Notes: a model not told the origin generated them from the sequence alone. Numbered from the stretch's first letter, positions 1 through 9,897 are shown. The stretch is 64,000 nucleotides of DNA from an uncultured Actinomycetes bacterium (GCA_963774825.1 CAVZGW010000006.1:66124-130123), one strand, 5' to 3'. Made by a program: numbers and translations.

Positions 1-29
1 TCCTTTTCCACAGAATTGGGCTTTTCCTC

Positions 30-212
30 ATGATCTACGTTCTAATCGGCGTGTTCTATAACACAGCGTCCCCCCATTTGCCGACGTTCGCATTCAGTCT
101 GGCCGTGCTTCATAGCTGGATTCAGTACTTCATCTCGATCCTCTTCTGGCCGCTGAGCTTCTGGCATCCCATCTTCTCAGTCGCTAAATGGCCGGCCGGG
201 TCGACGAAATAA
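30..212 (+). CDS. small hydrophobic ORF (hypothetical) in low-GC window edge
   Basis: 60-aa ORF with hydrophobic stretches (VLIGVFYN, FISILFWPLSFW). Local base composition is visibly AT-richer than the rest of the window. No family recognised. Confidence 0.2.
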   Translation: MIYVLIGVFYNTASPHLPTFAFSLAVLHSWIQYFISILFWPLSFWHPIFSVAKWPAGSTK

Positions 213-711
213 GACTCGCAACGGGAATCAAGTCACGCCAGACGGGGCCTGATTGCTGCCACTCAAGCCCGTGACGTAGTACGCGCTCGGAGAGCTCGAA
301 GCTCGGGGAAAGTCGGCAGGCGATCACATTGCACGAACAGAACCTGGCGGAATCGGTGCGCCGGACACTGCTGCGGCTGAACGGGAGGGCCAGGTTGAGC
401 CTTGTCCCTATCGCCAGGGTAAGTCTGCCTGGTCTGGTGGCAGGCGGCTGACACGGCCCCCTGGAACCAAGAGACCGTGGCCTGACCCTGAGCAACAGTC
501 GCTGGGTTCCTGAGTTTGGCGATGGTTGCCAGCCGACCCGATTCCGCCTGGACCAGGGCCTGTGATTGCCATGGACGAGATCTCCCGGCTGTGGGCCACG
601 TTCAGCACCGGGTACCGCATCTCGGCAGGCTACGACGATGCCCTACGACTGACCCTGGTCATCACTGCAGCTCACAGGCCAGGCAGACTTCTGGCACCCC
701 ACAGGCTGGGC

Positions 712-874
712 GAGGGCCCCACAGGAAGCCCACAGACGAAACGGAACTATACGGGTACTTGGCGGCACGGTCGCTATGATTGCCATAAGGCTGGCTGACC
801 AGCGACAATGCGGGTGAGCTGGGCTTTTGAATGCTCTTCGAACTACGGTTACAGGGGCGATAGAACCCCTGAAC
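712..874 (+). repeat. Phe-module copy 1: truncated copy of the conserved noncoding arm, broken inside the anticodon loop
   Basis: Aligns with 7570-7728 and 36095-36253 (ccacaggaagcccacagacgaaacggaactata...gagctgggcttttgaatgctc...gatagaacccctgaa). Homology stops after cccctgaa, so the tRNA-derived 3' part is missing. Confidence 0.6.
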
Positions 875-1188
875 TGCGTTCATGATGCTGGCAACTGTGC
901 AGGTCCACCACCAAATCGACTATTCGAGCGGCACAGGATGAGGCGTCGGTCGATGGCCGGGAATATGGTGATGAACAACCAGCCGCCGAGCCGGGTGTTC
1001 GCGAACGCCTGTGCGGCCTTGTCGAGTCGCGTCTTGTCCCGTTGTGCTCGGAATCCTTGTTCCACCCGCCCGACGCTACGAGGCGGTTCGGGCGCTTTGC
1101 GCCGCCACCGAGCCGCGCCGATCCGGCGAGATTGCGCTGGGGTGTGCCTGGGGCGTGTGGTCAGGGCCTTCAAACGGCCGCACGATTA

Positions 1189-1962
1189 TTAAGCGAGGAG
1201 CTTGCCCCAGGTTGGCGGGCCGATCACTCCGTCCGCGGTCAGGCCGTTGTTTGCCTGGAACTGGCGGACCCTGGTATCGGTCTGGGGGCCGAAGGCTCCG
1301 TCACATGCTAGCCCGAGGCTGTGTGAGTGGACGTTGAGCAGGGATTGGGCGAGCTGGACGTATGGTCCTGTTGCGGGCTGTGCGAGCGTGGGGACGCTGA
1401 TTGCCACTGGAACCTCTGTAAACGTAGTTGGCGGCTGATGTCCTGAGACGTTATCGAGCCAGTGCTTTGACCAGACATCGCGGTCAAACAGTCCGGCATT
1501 CTCATACTGGACGCCTATGATCGGGAAGGGGCCAGTTGCGGCTTCTACCATGGTGGCAGCAACGGATTCGCTTAGGCCCCAGTGAGCGACACATAGCCCG
1601 ATCCCGCTGGTGATACCGCCGCTAACCAGCGCGTTGACTACGTTGGTCACGTTGCTCTGGCTCGTGTAGATCGCGGGTGATCGCTGGCCTGGCCGCTTGT
1701 CCGACTTGAACGAGGAGAGTGCCTTTGCTGCCCAGGCAGGGCATTCTGCCGGTGTGGCAGCTCCGCTCTCTACGTCGAGGTAATCGGCCGTGGTATCGCT
1801 GGCCGCGGCGTCCTGGTCGATTCGCACGGCTCCGGGATGGCGGGCCCAATCTGCGGTAGTCCAGGCGATGTCGGGAGAGCCAGTAGTGTATCCGGCTGCC
1901 TGGCCGTGCGGTAGGGCGTTGATGTTCTGATGAGTTGCATCGGCACCTGTTACGGTTGCCAT
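1189..1962 (-). CDS. putative cell-wall hydrolase with C-terminal peptidoglycan-binding (PG_binding_1) domain
   Basis: C-terminus DGAFGPQTDTRVRQFQANNGLTADGVIGPPTWGKLL is a classic PG_binding_1 repeat. The N-terminal ~190 aa resemble glycoside-hydrolase-like lysin domains. GGAGAGGA RBS lies upstream of the ATG. Confidence 0.6.
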   Translation of the reverse strand: MATVTGADATHQNINALPHGQAAGYTTGSPDIAWTTADWARHPGAVRIDQDAAASDTTADYLDVESGAATPAECPAWAAKALSSFKSDKRPGQRSPAIYTSQSNVTNVVNALVSGGITSGIGLCVAHWGLSESVAATMVEAATGPFPIIGVQYENAGLFDRDVWSKHWLDNVSGHQPPTTFTEVPVAISVPTLAQPATGPYVQLAQSLLNVHSHSLGLACDGAFGPQTDTRVRQFQANNGLTADGVIGPPTWGKLLA

Positions 1963-2038
1963 GGTCTTAGTCCTCTCCGTGAGCCGCCCGGTTCGCTGGA
2001 TGCTACGATGCTTTTGCTTCCGGGATCATTATAGTGCC

Positions 2039-2067
2039 GGAGGCTTATTCGTGAGCCTCCTTTTCTT
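2039..2067 (+). terminator. intrinsic-terminator-like hairpin (orphan)
   Basis: GGAGGCT-TATTCGTG-AGCCTCC followed by TTTTCTT on the plus strand. No plus-strand gene ends here. On the minus strand a TATAAT box (2028-2033) lies just downstream of it, ahead of the 1189-1962 gene. Confidence 0.3.
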
Positions 2068-2174
2068 ATGTTCACTGCGGGCGCGCCGCGCGCTTTGTTA
2101 TCTACATTTCCACAGATTTATCTGTTGATTTCCGCGTGACGGCGGGTCGCGCTGGAAACAAGAACGGTTCCTGC

Positions 2175-2640
2175 TATGGAATCTCGTGCTGCGAAACACA
2201 GGGATACCGTGCCGAGAAACTGTTCACGTCATGGGACCTGCCGGTATTAGTGGATAAGGCATCTGGTGATCGGGGACGTCGGTGGTGATGTCGTAGTGGC
2301 CGCGGCCCATTGGGTTCGGCACGGAGGCATGACCGGCGGCGAGAATCCGCGCTGAGCGGTGCAAATTCAGTCGGCGCATCGGCCCCGGCCGGGCTTTGAG
2401 CCGCCCGTGGTCTGCTTCGATCGGGTTGTTCGCGTACTGCCCGACGGCGTGCAGCGCTGAGAGCGACCAGCTCGTCAGGCACCCGCGGGTAGGCGGGCGC
2501 GCGGTCGGTCGTAACTTCGACCAGGACCGTGCCCGCGCGCGGCGCCCGGGTGAAGAAGCGCCGGGCGGCCGCCAGGTCACGGCGCACTGACAGCAGGACG
2601 TCGATTGACCTGGCCATGCTGATCGACCGCACGTTACAGC
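2175..2640 (-). pseudogene. IS6-family transposase remnant (N-terminally truncated, frameshifted)
   Basis: NNPIEADHGRLKARPGPMRRL..HRSARILAAGHA...RGHYDI plus upstream VDVLLSVRRDLAAARRFFTRA in another frame. IS6-like terminal sequence lies near 2175-2200. Confidence 0.7.
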
Positions 2641-2713
2641 ACGCCGCGCCTGGGCCTCGCCTGAGGTAAGCCCCCCTCGGGGTCGCGGGGGCGCTCCATC
2701 TCGGAGGCCAGAG

Positions 2714-2900
2714 ATGTTTCTGCGGCATCCCGGCCGGGTGCTCAGCCGGGAACAATTGCTCAGCCGTGCCCGGCGCTATGACTACGACCCGGCGTCCAAT
2801 GTTGTCGAGGTATACGTCCGTTACCTGCGGAACAAGATCGGCCGACACTGGATCAGCACCATCCGCGGGGCAGGCCACCGGCTCGTCAAGGCGCAAGTCC
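2714..2900 (+). pseudogene. OmpR-family response regulator, C-terminal winged-helix fragment only
   Basis: RVLSREQLLSRARRYDYDPASNVVEVYVRYLRNKIG....IRGAGHRL matches the Trans_reg_C consensus. No receiver domain lies upstream. Confidence 0.6.
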
Positions 2901-3189
2901 AGGGCCAGGGCGGAGGAAACTGCGCCCAGCTAGTGCCCGGGTTGCCCACGGATCGCGGTCGCTGACGGCGCCGGCGGTCATGCCGTGGAAGATCGTTCAT
3001 CCGGTTGTCCGGTGCGTCGGGCTGGCTCCCGAACCGCCTGCCGACCGCGTCAGTGGTCTGGCTTTATATCGATGTGCCAGCCCGCCGGGTCCCGCCGCGG
3101 TGTGGCTCGAAAGAGGAACGAGCGCGAGCACCGTAATTAGGCATGCCCGCCGCGGTCCGTCTTGCCCGGAACGAGGACTGGAGGTGCTG

Positions 3190-3641
3190 GTGACAGCGGT
3201 GATGATCGGCGTGGACCCGCATAAGGGATCACACACGGCGGTGGCGATCGGCGCGGCGGAGGAGCCGCTCGGCAGGTTGCGGGTACCGCACCGATCGAGG
3301 TCTCTTCCGGCAACCGCAAGATCTACCGGCTGTCGCTGAGCGGGAACCGGCGCGTCAATCACGCTATCCACATGGCCGCGATCACCCAGATCCGCCATTC
3401 CCACAGTCAGGGCCGCGCCCATTACGACAAGAAGCTAGCCGAGGGCAAGACGCATAAAGAGGCTCTCCGGTCCCTCAAGCGGCGGATCAGCGACGCCATC
3501 TACGCCCGCCTTCGCACCGACGACCGCCAGTCCGCCAGCAGCGCGAACGAGGGCCCGGGAGGGCAACCGGGGAAAGACACTGACTCCAGCGCGGCCGGCT
3601 CACACCGCAACCGCGCCACCTGGCGGACCCCGGATCGGTGA
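3190..3641 (+). pseudogene. IS110-family transposase remnant with large internal deletion
   Basis: N-terminal IGVDPHKGSHTAVAI is joined almost directly to C-terminal NRRVNHAIHMAAITQIRHSHSQGRAHYDKKLAEGKTHKEALRSLKRRISDAIYARL. Confidence 0.7.
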
Positions 3642-5678
3642 GGGCGCGTGAGTGCTCAGGGTTAGATGCCGCAGTTGCCGTAGTAGTTGTTGGCGTCGAA
3701 TTGATCGATGCGGAAGGCCGGCGGGATTCGTGTGACCCCCGCCGCCGGTCCACTGCCAGGCCATTTCACAGTCCGGCGGGCCGTTGCCGAAGAAGCTGGA
3801 GCTGATGCCGTCCACCGACCAGCCGGTCGGGAACGCGGAGATCGACGAGACGCCGCCTTCGAATGTCCACTCCGGGAGGGAGGTGTCCTCGCCGGTGAAG
3901 ATGCCACTCCACTCGTAGGCACCGTCACCGCCAGCGCTGTACACTCCCGCGTACGCGGTGATGCTGGTGTCGTTATTGACGTAGTCCGCGAAGCCGTTGA
4001 CTGTAGCGAGGTCTACGCTCGGCGCGATGTGAGGCGTGCCGGTCCCGCCGCAGACCTTGGTCCAGACGGTATTCCAGCCGTTATCCAGTTCATTGTCATG
4101 GGTGTACTGCTCGACATCCATGAAGATGAAGTCCAGCTCGTCACTCCCGGATTTCGTCACGGCCTCTTCCGCCTGGTCCCGTCCCCAGGTCGTCGCCTCC
4201 GACGTCGTCCCGCTGTAACGGGGATCACGGCCGGGACCGGCCATCATCCAGTAACCCGACGCGCCGACGCCGTCAACGTAGTTGTCATAGTCGGTGTTAG
4301 CGTCGTTGTAGTCGGTCTGGTTCCAGGCCAGGCCATTGGAGTCGCAGCCCCGCCAGACGTCCCATTTACCGATCTCGCCCATATAGCCGCCGTACTGGCC
4401 GTCGGTGCTGGCGCAGGGATTCGCGGACGACGAGGACGCCTCCAGGTAGGGCGCGGAGCCGCAGGCCATCGTGGCCGGGCCGTCGGTGCCGTACCAGAAG
4501 CCGGACGGCGAGTCGCCGGCGGGCGTGATGCCGGTGGCTGCGCTGGCGTCTGCCGGCTTCAGCGCGCGGCCGGCCAGTGACCGGGTCCGGCTCGCCGAGC
4601 CCGCCGGCAGGTACGGCAGGGTCCGCAGAGCCCCGCAGGCCGCTACCGGATGTGCGAGGGTTATCGTCCGCCCGGCCCCCAGGGCTATCTCTGACGGGTA
4701 GACAGTCACCGAGGCCGCCGCGCGGCACGCGCGGCTGGCGGTGGCCGGTGCCAGCAGCACTATCGGGGTCCACTTGCCGGGCCGCAGGGTCAGCACGGTC
4801 GGCTCGGCACCCGCGTGCCGGTAGGTGGTCAGCGCGGCAGTCATCGACCGCAGCGCCGGGGCGTACTCGAACCTCTTGGCTACCGGGCTGGCGCCGCCGG
4901 ACAGGTGCAGCCGCACCGTCGGCCAGCCGCCGGAGGCCAGCGCGCAGGCCCGCCCGGTGGTGCCCAGCCCGAGCGTGATGATCGAGCCGCCGGCGGTCCG
5001 GGATACGGCGGCGGATTCCCGCACCGCAAGGGCCGCTGCCATGCAGGCCGCGGGTTCCGGCGCGGTCGTGGTCCGGAACGGCGACGGGTCAGCCGACACG
5101 CCCAGGGCCCGCACCGCGGCCTGCAGTGAGGTCATCGGGTAGAACGGCGCGACCGAAAGCTGCCCGCCTAAGCACACGCCGCTCAGCCCGGCCGGCTGGC
5201 CGGCGACTACCCGATGTCCGGCCAGGTTCAGCGCGACCGACCAGGCGGTGGCGCACCCGCGCGCCCCGCCGGGGCCGGTCACCGTGAGCACGGCGTTTCC
5301 GCCCGGACGCAGCGTCACCCGGCGGTCCGGCACCGGCCCGAGGTTGTTGAACGCCACGTCGGTGACCTTGGCGATGACGGCCCGGCCGCCGGACCGCAGG
5401 ACCGTGAGGGCTGGCCAGCCGCGCAGCGAGCACACCGCGGTGCCCGCATTGCTCAGCACCACGTTCAGGACGATCTGTCCCTGCTCACCTGCCGGGTCAC
5501 CCGGGATGCCGGACCGGACGCTGGCCCGCAGCGCTCTTGCCGCGCACGGCCCGGTGGCCTGGCCCGAGCCCGAGGCCAGCGGCTGGGCCGACGCCGTTCC
5601 CGCCGTAGGGCCGACGGCGATCACGGCGGCCGCCGCCGTCAGCAGCGCGCCGGGCGGTCCCGATTTCCTGTTGAACAT
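3600..5678 (-). CDS. secreted protein: signal peptide, 2-3 DUF4232-like repeats, C-terminal DUF1906-like glycoside-hydrolase-like domain; probable frameshift near 3' end
   Basis: Signal peptide: LLTAAAAVIAVGPTAGTASAQP. DUF4232-type units: C..ALRASV...VLNVVLSNAGTAVCSLRGWPAL and C.AAALAV...ITLGLGTTGRACALASGGWPTV. C-terminal domain: GYMGEIGKW...GYWMMAGPGRDP...FIFMDVEQ. An overlapping frame ends ...IDQFDANNYYGNCGI at 3662, so the true stop may be 3662. Confidence 0.65.
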   Translation of the reverse strand: MFNRKSGPPGALLTAAAAVIAVGPTAGTASAQPLASGSGQATGPCAARALRASVRSGIPGDPAGEQGQIVLNVVLSNAGTAVCSLRGWPALTVLRSGGRAVIAKVTDVAFNNLGPVPDRRVTLRPGGNAVLTVTGPGGARGCATAWSVALNLAGHRVVAGQPAGLSGVCLGGQLSVAPFYPMTSLQAAVRALGVSADPSPFRTTTAPEPAACMAAALAVRESAAVSRTAGGSIITLGLGTTGRACALASGGWPTVRLHLSGGASPVAKRFEYAPALRSMTAALTTYRHAGAEPTVLTLRPGKWTPIVLLAPATASRACRAAASVTVYPSEIALGAGRTITLAHPVAACGALRTLPYLPAGSASRTRSLAGRALKPADASAATGITPAGDSPSGFWYGTDGPATMACGSAPYLEASSSSANPCASTDGQYGGYMGEIGKWDVWRGCDSNGLAWNQTDYNDANTDYDNYVDGVGASGYWMMAGPGRDPRYSGTTSEATTWGRDQAEEAVTKSGSDELDFIFMDVEQYTHDNELDNGWNTVWTKVCGGTGTPHIAPSVDLATVNGFADYVNNDTSITAYAGVYSAGGDGAYEWSGIFTGEDTSLPEWTFEGGVSSISAFPTGWSVDGISSSFFGNGPPDCEMAWQWTGGGGHTNPAGLPHRSIRRQQLLRQLRHLTLSTHAPSPIRGPPGGAVAV

Positions 5679-5954
5679 GCGCCATGTCTCCTTTGCCTGA
5701 CTGGCCCTGGCCTTTCACCGGGGTAGGTGCATACCGCCGAGCCCCCGCAATAGAAAGCGCCCCTGAACTGGGACGATAAGAGTGCTTGTAACTGGTCAGG
5801 TGCCCCCGGCGCGGCGGCGCTGCATGACGTTCTTCGGTGGTGTTGACACTCGGCCAATCGTGAATGACGGCGGTAATGGATCTACGTCCCGTAGTTCCCG
5901 AGCCTGCCTGGTGATCATGATAGCCCTGGCGATGAGGTACTCGCTGCGCTTGTC

Positions 5955-6130
5955 ATGTCGCTGCGCGGAGCTCTGGCGCCGGCGCTGGAGGCGCAGGCAC
6001 GGGAGCGGATCGCGGAGCTTGCGGCGCGGCTGGGGAGGACGTCGCGGAACTCCGGTAAGCCGCCGTCGCCGGACGGACGGGGCAAGCCGCCGCCCAGGAC
6101 CAGGCCGGGCAGACCCGAGTCAACCATCCG
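5955..6130 (+). pseudogene. IS66-family transposase N-terminal fragment
   Basis: LEAQARERIAELAARLGRTSRNSGKPPSPDGRGKPPP resembles the IS66 TnpC N-terminal coiled-coil / NSSKPPSSD segment. Nothing follows it. Confidence 0.5.
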
Positions 6131-6754
6131 CCGGCACCTGAGCAGTTGCCGAGGGACGCTGTACGACAGGTCGACTGGATTCTGCGGAGGACTATCCCTC
6201 ATATTAAACGTTACTGCCGCTAGCTCGACACCATCTACCAGAAGTGAGGCACGCATAACTCTTCGGCCGCTGGCCATTCCGAACTCAAACGGCTGAGCAA
6301 ACGGGAACCGTGACTCGACCACTCCGCAGCTGGCCCTCGCGGCATCAGCGAATAAATGGCTTCCGCTATGAAACCGGCTCCGGCAGCGTCGTGCCGAATT
6401 CGCCACCATGAACGCTTCTGCTTTCATGAAGCGCCAGCCTAGTCCCTAGGCGGGCCGGGTCGAAGGCGGATAGTGGATAGCTCTATTTCTGGTCGAACAG
6501 TGGGGTTTCAGGATCAGGTTTTCCAGTCATGGCAGGGCCGCTGGCACGGCGTCGTAACCCGGTGGAGGCCAACGCGAGGCCGGTGGCATCCGGTGCCTGC
6601 CCGTTTCCTGGCTCACAACATCCCGCATGCAGTCGTTGAGGCGTCAGGGTTGCGTCCGTAACAGTCCGGGTGAGCCGGCAGTCTGCTGCGATGGCGGGTG
6701 GGTCGCTATGCGGCGACTTGCAGATGCAATCCCACTGGCGGTACGATTACGGTC

Positions 6755-6997
6755 ATGGTTGCCGAGTACGCGAAGGTGTCCGTCACGCTTCCGGCCGGGC
6801 TGCTGGAGAGGATCCGTGGCCGGGTCGGCGCCCGGGGCCTGTCCGGTTATGTCGCTGAGGCGCTTGAGGCCGAGGAGCGGCGAAGCGCCCTGCGGGCCTG
6901 GCTGGCGGCGCAGGACAACGAATACGGGCCTGTCCCGGCGAGCGTGCTGGAGGAGGTCAGTAACGAATGGCTCGGCGCCGGGAGCGGAGACAGCTGA
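6755..6997 (+). CDS. type II antitoxin (ribbon-helix-helix type), partner of the PIN toxin
   Basis: MVAEYAKVSVTLPAGLLERIRGRVGARGLSGYVAEALE is an RHH-like N-terminus. It overlaps the downstream PIN gene. Start chosen at the in-frame ATG at 6755. Confidence 0.65.
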   Translation: MVAEYAKVSVTLPAGLLERIRGRVGARGLSGYVAEALEAEERRSALRAWLAAQDNEYGPVPASVLEEVSNEWLGAGSGDS

Positions 6998-7389
6998 TCC
7001 TGCCGGACGCTGTACTTCTCGACTCTGAGGGGCTCAGTGCCGCTGCGGCCGGTTCCGCGCGGGTTCGCGCCGAACTGATCCTTGCCGAGCGTCTGGGCGC
7101 GAGCGTACATGTCAGCGCGGTCACGCTTGCCGAGACACTGCGAGGCGGCCCGCGAGACGCCCGCGTGCACAGCCTGCTGAAGAGCGCTGTTCAGCGCCAT
7201 GTCACGCCCGAGTTGGGCAAAGCCGCAGGGGAGTTGCTCGGACGGACGGGCCGGGCCGACACCGTCGACGCCATCGTCGCGGCGACGGCCAGCGGACTCG
7301 GCCAGCGGGTGCGCATCCTCACTAGCGACCCTCGCGATCTCCGGGCGCTGACGGCAGAGATGGACGCAGTAACAGTGGTCGCGGTGTGA
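6967..7389 (+). CDS. vapC: PIN-domain toxin (VapC-like)
   Basis: LLDSEGLSA...VSAVTLAETLRG...DAIVAATASGLGQRVRILTSDPRDL follows the typical PIN acidic-residue pattern. It overlaps the antitoxin by about 30 nt. Confidence 0.75.
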   Translation: MARRRERRQLILPDAVLLDSEGLSAAAAGSARVRAELILAERLGASVHVSAVTLAETLRGGPRDARVHSLLKSAVQRHVTPELGKAAGELLGRTGRADTVDAIVAATASGLGQRVRILTSDPRDLRALTAEMDAVTVVAV

Positions 7390-7450
7390 CCGCACGGGCT
7401 AACACAAAGGCAACACAAGTCCGGCCGCGCGGGCGGTGAGAACAAACCTT

Positions 7451-7722
7451 ACGTGAACGCAGCGCCAGGGCCCTCAGCCGTCCGGCAGCTGGATCCGAGA
7501 CCTGCCAGCTCCCGGCCGGGTGCTACCGCGAGGCCCACAATTTCCCCACAAGTCCGCGGCCGGGCGAAGGCCCCCACAGGAAGCCCACAGACGAAACGGA
7601 ACTATGCGGTACTTGGCGGCACGGTCGCTATGATGGCTATAAGGCTGGCTGACCAGCGGCAATGCGGGTGAGCTGGGCTTTTGAATGCTCTCCGGACTAT
7701 GGTTTCAGGGGTGATAGAACCT
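7451..7722 (+). repeat. Phe-module copy 2: conserved noncoding arm with four direct CCCACA motifs
   Basis: Collinear with 35975-36247 and in part with 712-874. CCCACA occurs at 7534, 7545, 7573 and 7584. No conserved reading frame (indels between copies). Confidence 0.65.
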
Positions 7723-7764
7723 CTGAAAAGCGGAAGGCCGGCGGTTCGACCCCGTCCCTGACCA
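7723..7764 (+). other. tRNA-Phe(GAA) 3' half (anticodon loop to discriminator), att-core-like
   Basis: CTGAAAA / GCGGA / AGGCC / GGCGG-TTCGACC-CCGTC / CCTGACC / A corresponds to anticodon loop with GAA, 3' anticodon stem, variable loop, T arm, 3' acceptor strand and discriminator. No matching 5' half lies upstream. Confidence 0.75.
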
Positions 7765-8233
7765 CGCGTTTTGTGACTTCAGGCCAGCAATCGCTTGTGG
7801 GCCTTTGTGGGGATCTTGTGCTTCGTCGGCATCGGCCCGGGATCCCTGTCTTCCTGATTTTCTCGCAGGTGATAGGGCTATCTTTCCTTATACGACTCGC
7901 GGCGGCCGCTGCATGCCGGAGGCATGACCGTGCGACATTGAAGCGGAAGGTCAAAACAAAGGCTGACAAACGGCTGCGAGGCGCGGTTTGAGGGCTTCCG
8001 AGCCCGACTGGCCCGCGGAGTGCCGCGGCTGCGCCGGCCTGGCTGGAATACTCGAAGGCGGTTTGCATCCGACCGCGGTGAACAACGGCTGGGCACCGCC
8101 ACGAACGTGGTGATCACGACACGCTCGGCTCCGCGAACTGGAGCGGAAGACAGGGCTCCCCGCAGATCAGGGGGTCGGCAAAGTCTTCGGGTGGCGTTGG
8201 TTCGGGCGACACGCCGGTGATGAGCAGGTAGGA

Positions 8234-8915
8234 GTGCGGGCCACGGCCCTTGTGGTGATCATGGCGGTTGCTGAGACCTGCCGATCATTCCCGAAGGACC
8301 ATGCCCGCCTCGTCATCATCACCGATTCATCTTGTCCTCGGCCACCTTGCTGACCTCGCAGGTGCTGCCGCCGAAGATTCGCGCGGCCTGCTGGCGGTGC
8401 TGGCCAGGGCCGCTGATCCCCGGTCCCGGCGGGGGTGCGCCACCGGCTGGCGGTGCGAAGGCCATGGAAGCGGTGAAGATCCTGGAACGCAGCCGCGAGG
8501 GACTCTCCGGCGTAAGAGGGCGCGGAACGTTCAGATGGTGGCGGCGGGAACTGGGGAGGCCCTCCCCGGCCGGAGCGTGCTGCGGGCTGGCGCGGAAGAC
8601 GCCGTCTTATAACCGGTCTGGAGCCGGGAAGTGGGCGGTGGCCGGGAGGGAGTCGGAGGCGGCCGTAGTACCGGTCGGACCCGCAGGACAGCACAACCTG
8701 CGGGGAGGGAAGGGCCGCTGCTTCGTTCGCGCGCGAGCTGGGAGCTACTTACTGGTGAGTGCCGGTGTCACGGCTAGGTCAGCCCTGGCGGCTGTCGGAG
8801 GCGACAGAGTCAGAGCGTTGCAGCATGCGCTTTACCGGGCGGCCAAGGCTGATCCGGACCGACAGTTCCATGCGCTGTTCGACAAGGACATCCGCAGGGA
8901 CGTGCTTGGACACTG
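8234..8915 (+). mobile_element. group II intron 5' fragment (GUGCG start, domains I-III, first ~45 codons of the RT)
   Basis: GTGCGGGCC at 8234. RT N-terminus: GGKGRCF...RVRALQHALYRAAKADPDRQFHALFDKDIRRDVL. It is truncated where the minus-strand recombinase fragment begins. Confidence 0.55.
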
Positions 8916-9290
8916 CGGCCTTGCAGCCGGGCGACGCGATCCAGCGTGGCGTCCCGCTGGTGGCCATGGTCTTGCCGAACACCGCGCGGCCGGCGTAGGC
9001 GGGGTTGCGCAGCATCGCCCGTACCACGCTGCGGTCCCAGCGGTTCTTGCCGGTGCGGGTAGGTGCGCCCTGGCCGGTGAGCCAGCGGGCCAGATCCGCG
9101 ATGGAGGCGCCGTCGTCGGCGTAGCGGCGGAACATCTCCGCCACCAGCGCCGCCTAGTCCTCCGCGATCTCGTAGCCAGCCCCGGCCAGGTCGGTCTTGC
9201 GCACGTACCGGTAGCCGAACGGCGCGCCGGACAGCACACTGACCGACCCGGTGCGGGCGCGGTGCGCCTTGCCGCGTCGCGAGCGAGCGA
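8916..9290 (-). pseudogene. large serine recombinase internal fragment with in-frame TAG
   Basis: VLSGAPFGYRYVRKTDLAGAGYEIAED*AALVAEMFRRYADDGASIADLARWLTGQGAPTRTGKNRWDRSVVRAMLRNPAYAGRAVFGKT. The stop is at 9154-9156. Confidence 0.7.
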
Positions 9291-9299
9291 CTGGTGCGC

Positions 9300-9371
9300 G
9301 CGACCTGGGTGCTGGTCAGGCGCGACGGCGGCTGGCGCATCGCCTCCTACCACAACAGCCCCGCCAGCTAA
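9300..9371 (+). pseudogene. NTF2/SnoaL-like protein, last ~23 codons only
   Basis: WVLVRRDGGWRIASYHNSPAS-stop is typical of the C-terminal strand of DUF4440/SnoaL-like proteins. Confidence 0.4.
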
Positions 9372-9521
9372 GGCGCAGTCTTCCGGGTACGGGGCGCCTC
9401 CCTTCCGGGGGAACCGCCCCGTACCCGGATCCAACCGGGTTCCAGGGCCGTGGCAGCGGTTGTCGCAGTCGTGATCGCCCAGGTAAAACGGTACGGCATG
9501 GTGGGCTGAACGGAAGGAGCC

Positions 9522-9887
9522 TTGACGATGACGCTGTATGTGGCCTTGTGCTACTACGACCGGGACCACCACTGGGACTCGGTGCCGGATATGGAGTTCA
9601 CCCCCGAGTACACGGAGTTCGCCCGGCGGGCTACCGAGGCCGGGGTCATGCGCGGCGGTGAAGCCCTGCACCCGGTGACCATGTCGACCACCATCACCGT
9701 CTCGGGCGGCAAGGGCGGCGACGTCCTGGTGGTCGACGGTCCTTACGCTGAGGCGAAGGAGGTCTTGGCCGGGTACTTCCTGCTGGAGGCGGCCGACCTG
9801 GACGAGGCCATCGCGTGGGCGGCGCAGATCCCGGCTGCCTGGCGGGGGAAGATCGAGCTTCGCCCGGTAGCGCCGGCCCACGCCTAG
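9522..9887 (+). CDS. YciI-family (DGPF) protein
   Basis: VVDGPYAEAKEVLAGYFLLEAADLDEAIAWAAQIPAAWRGKIELRPV. It has the usual position upstream of an ECF-type sigma factor. Confidence 0.85.
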   Translation: MTMTLYVALCYYDRDHHWDSVPDMEFTPEYTEFARRATEAGVMRGGEALHPVTMSTTITVSGGKGGDVLVVDGPYAEAKEVLAGYFLLEAADLDEAIAWAAQIPAAWRGKIELRPVAPAHA

Positions 9888-9897
9888 GCACCCTGGT

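Noticed and set aside
880-1173. Holin-like ORF downstream of the PG-binding hydrolase (possible phage lysis cassette)
   Set aside because: Only one weak hydrophobic stretch (LGGWLFITIFPAI), an Arg-rich N-terminus typical of spurious GC-rich frames, and no other phage genes nearby. It also overlaps the truncation point of Phe-module copy 1.
7534-7589. CCCACA repeats as DnaA boxes or a replication origin
   Set aside because: Actinobacterial DnaA boxes are TTGTCCACA-like. These motifs lack the TC core context, there is no dnaA/dnaN nearby, and the motifs flank a tRNA fragment, which fits integrase arm sites better.
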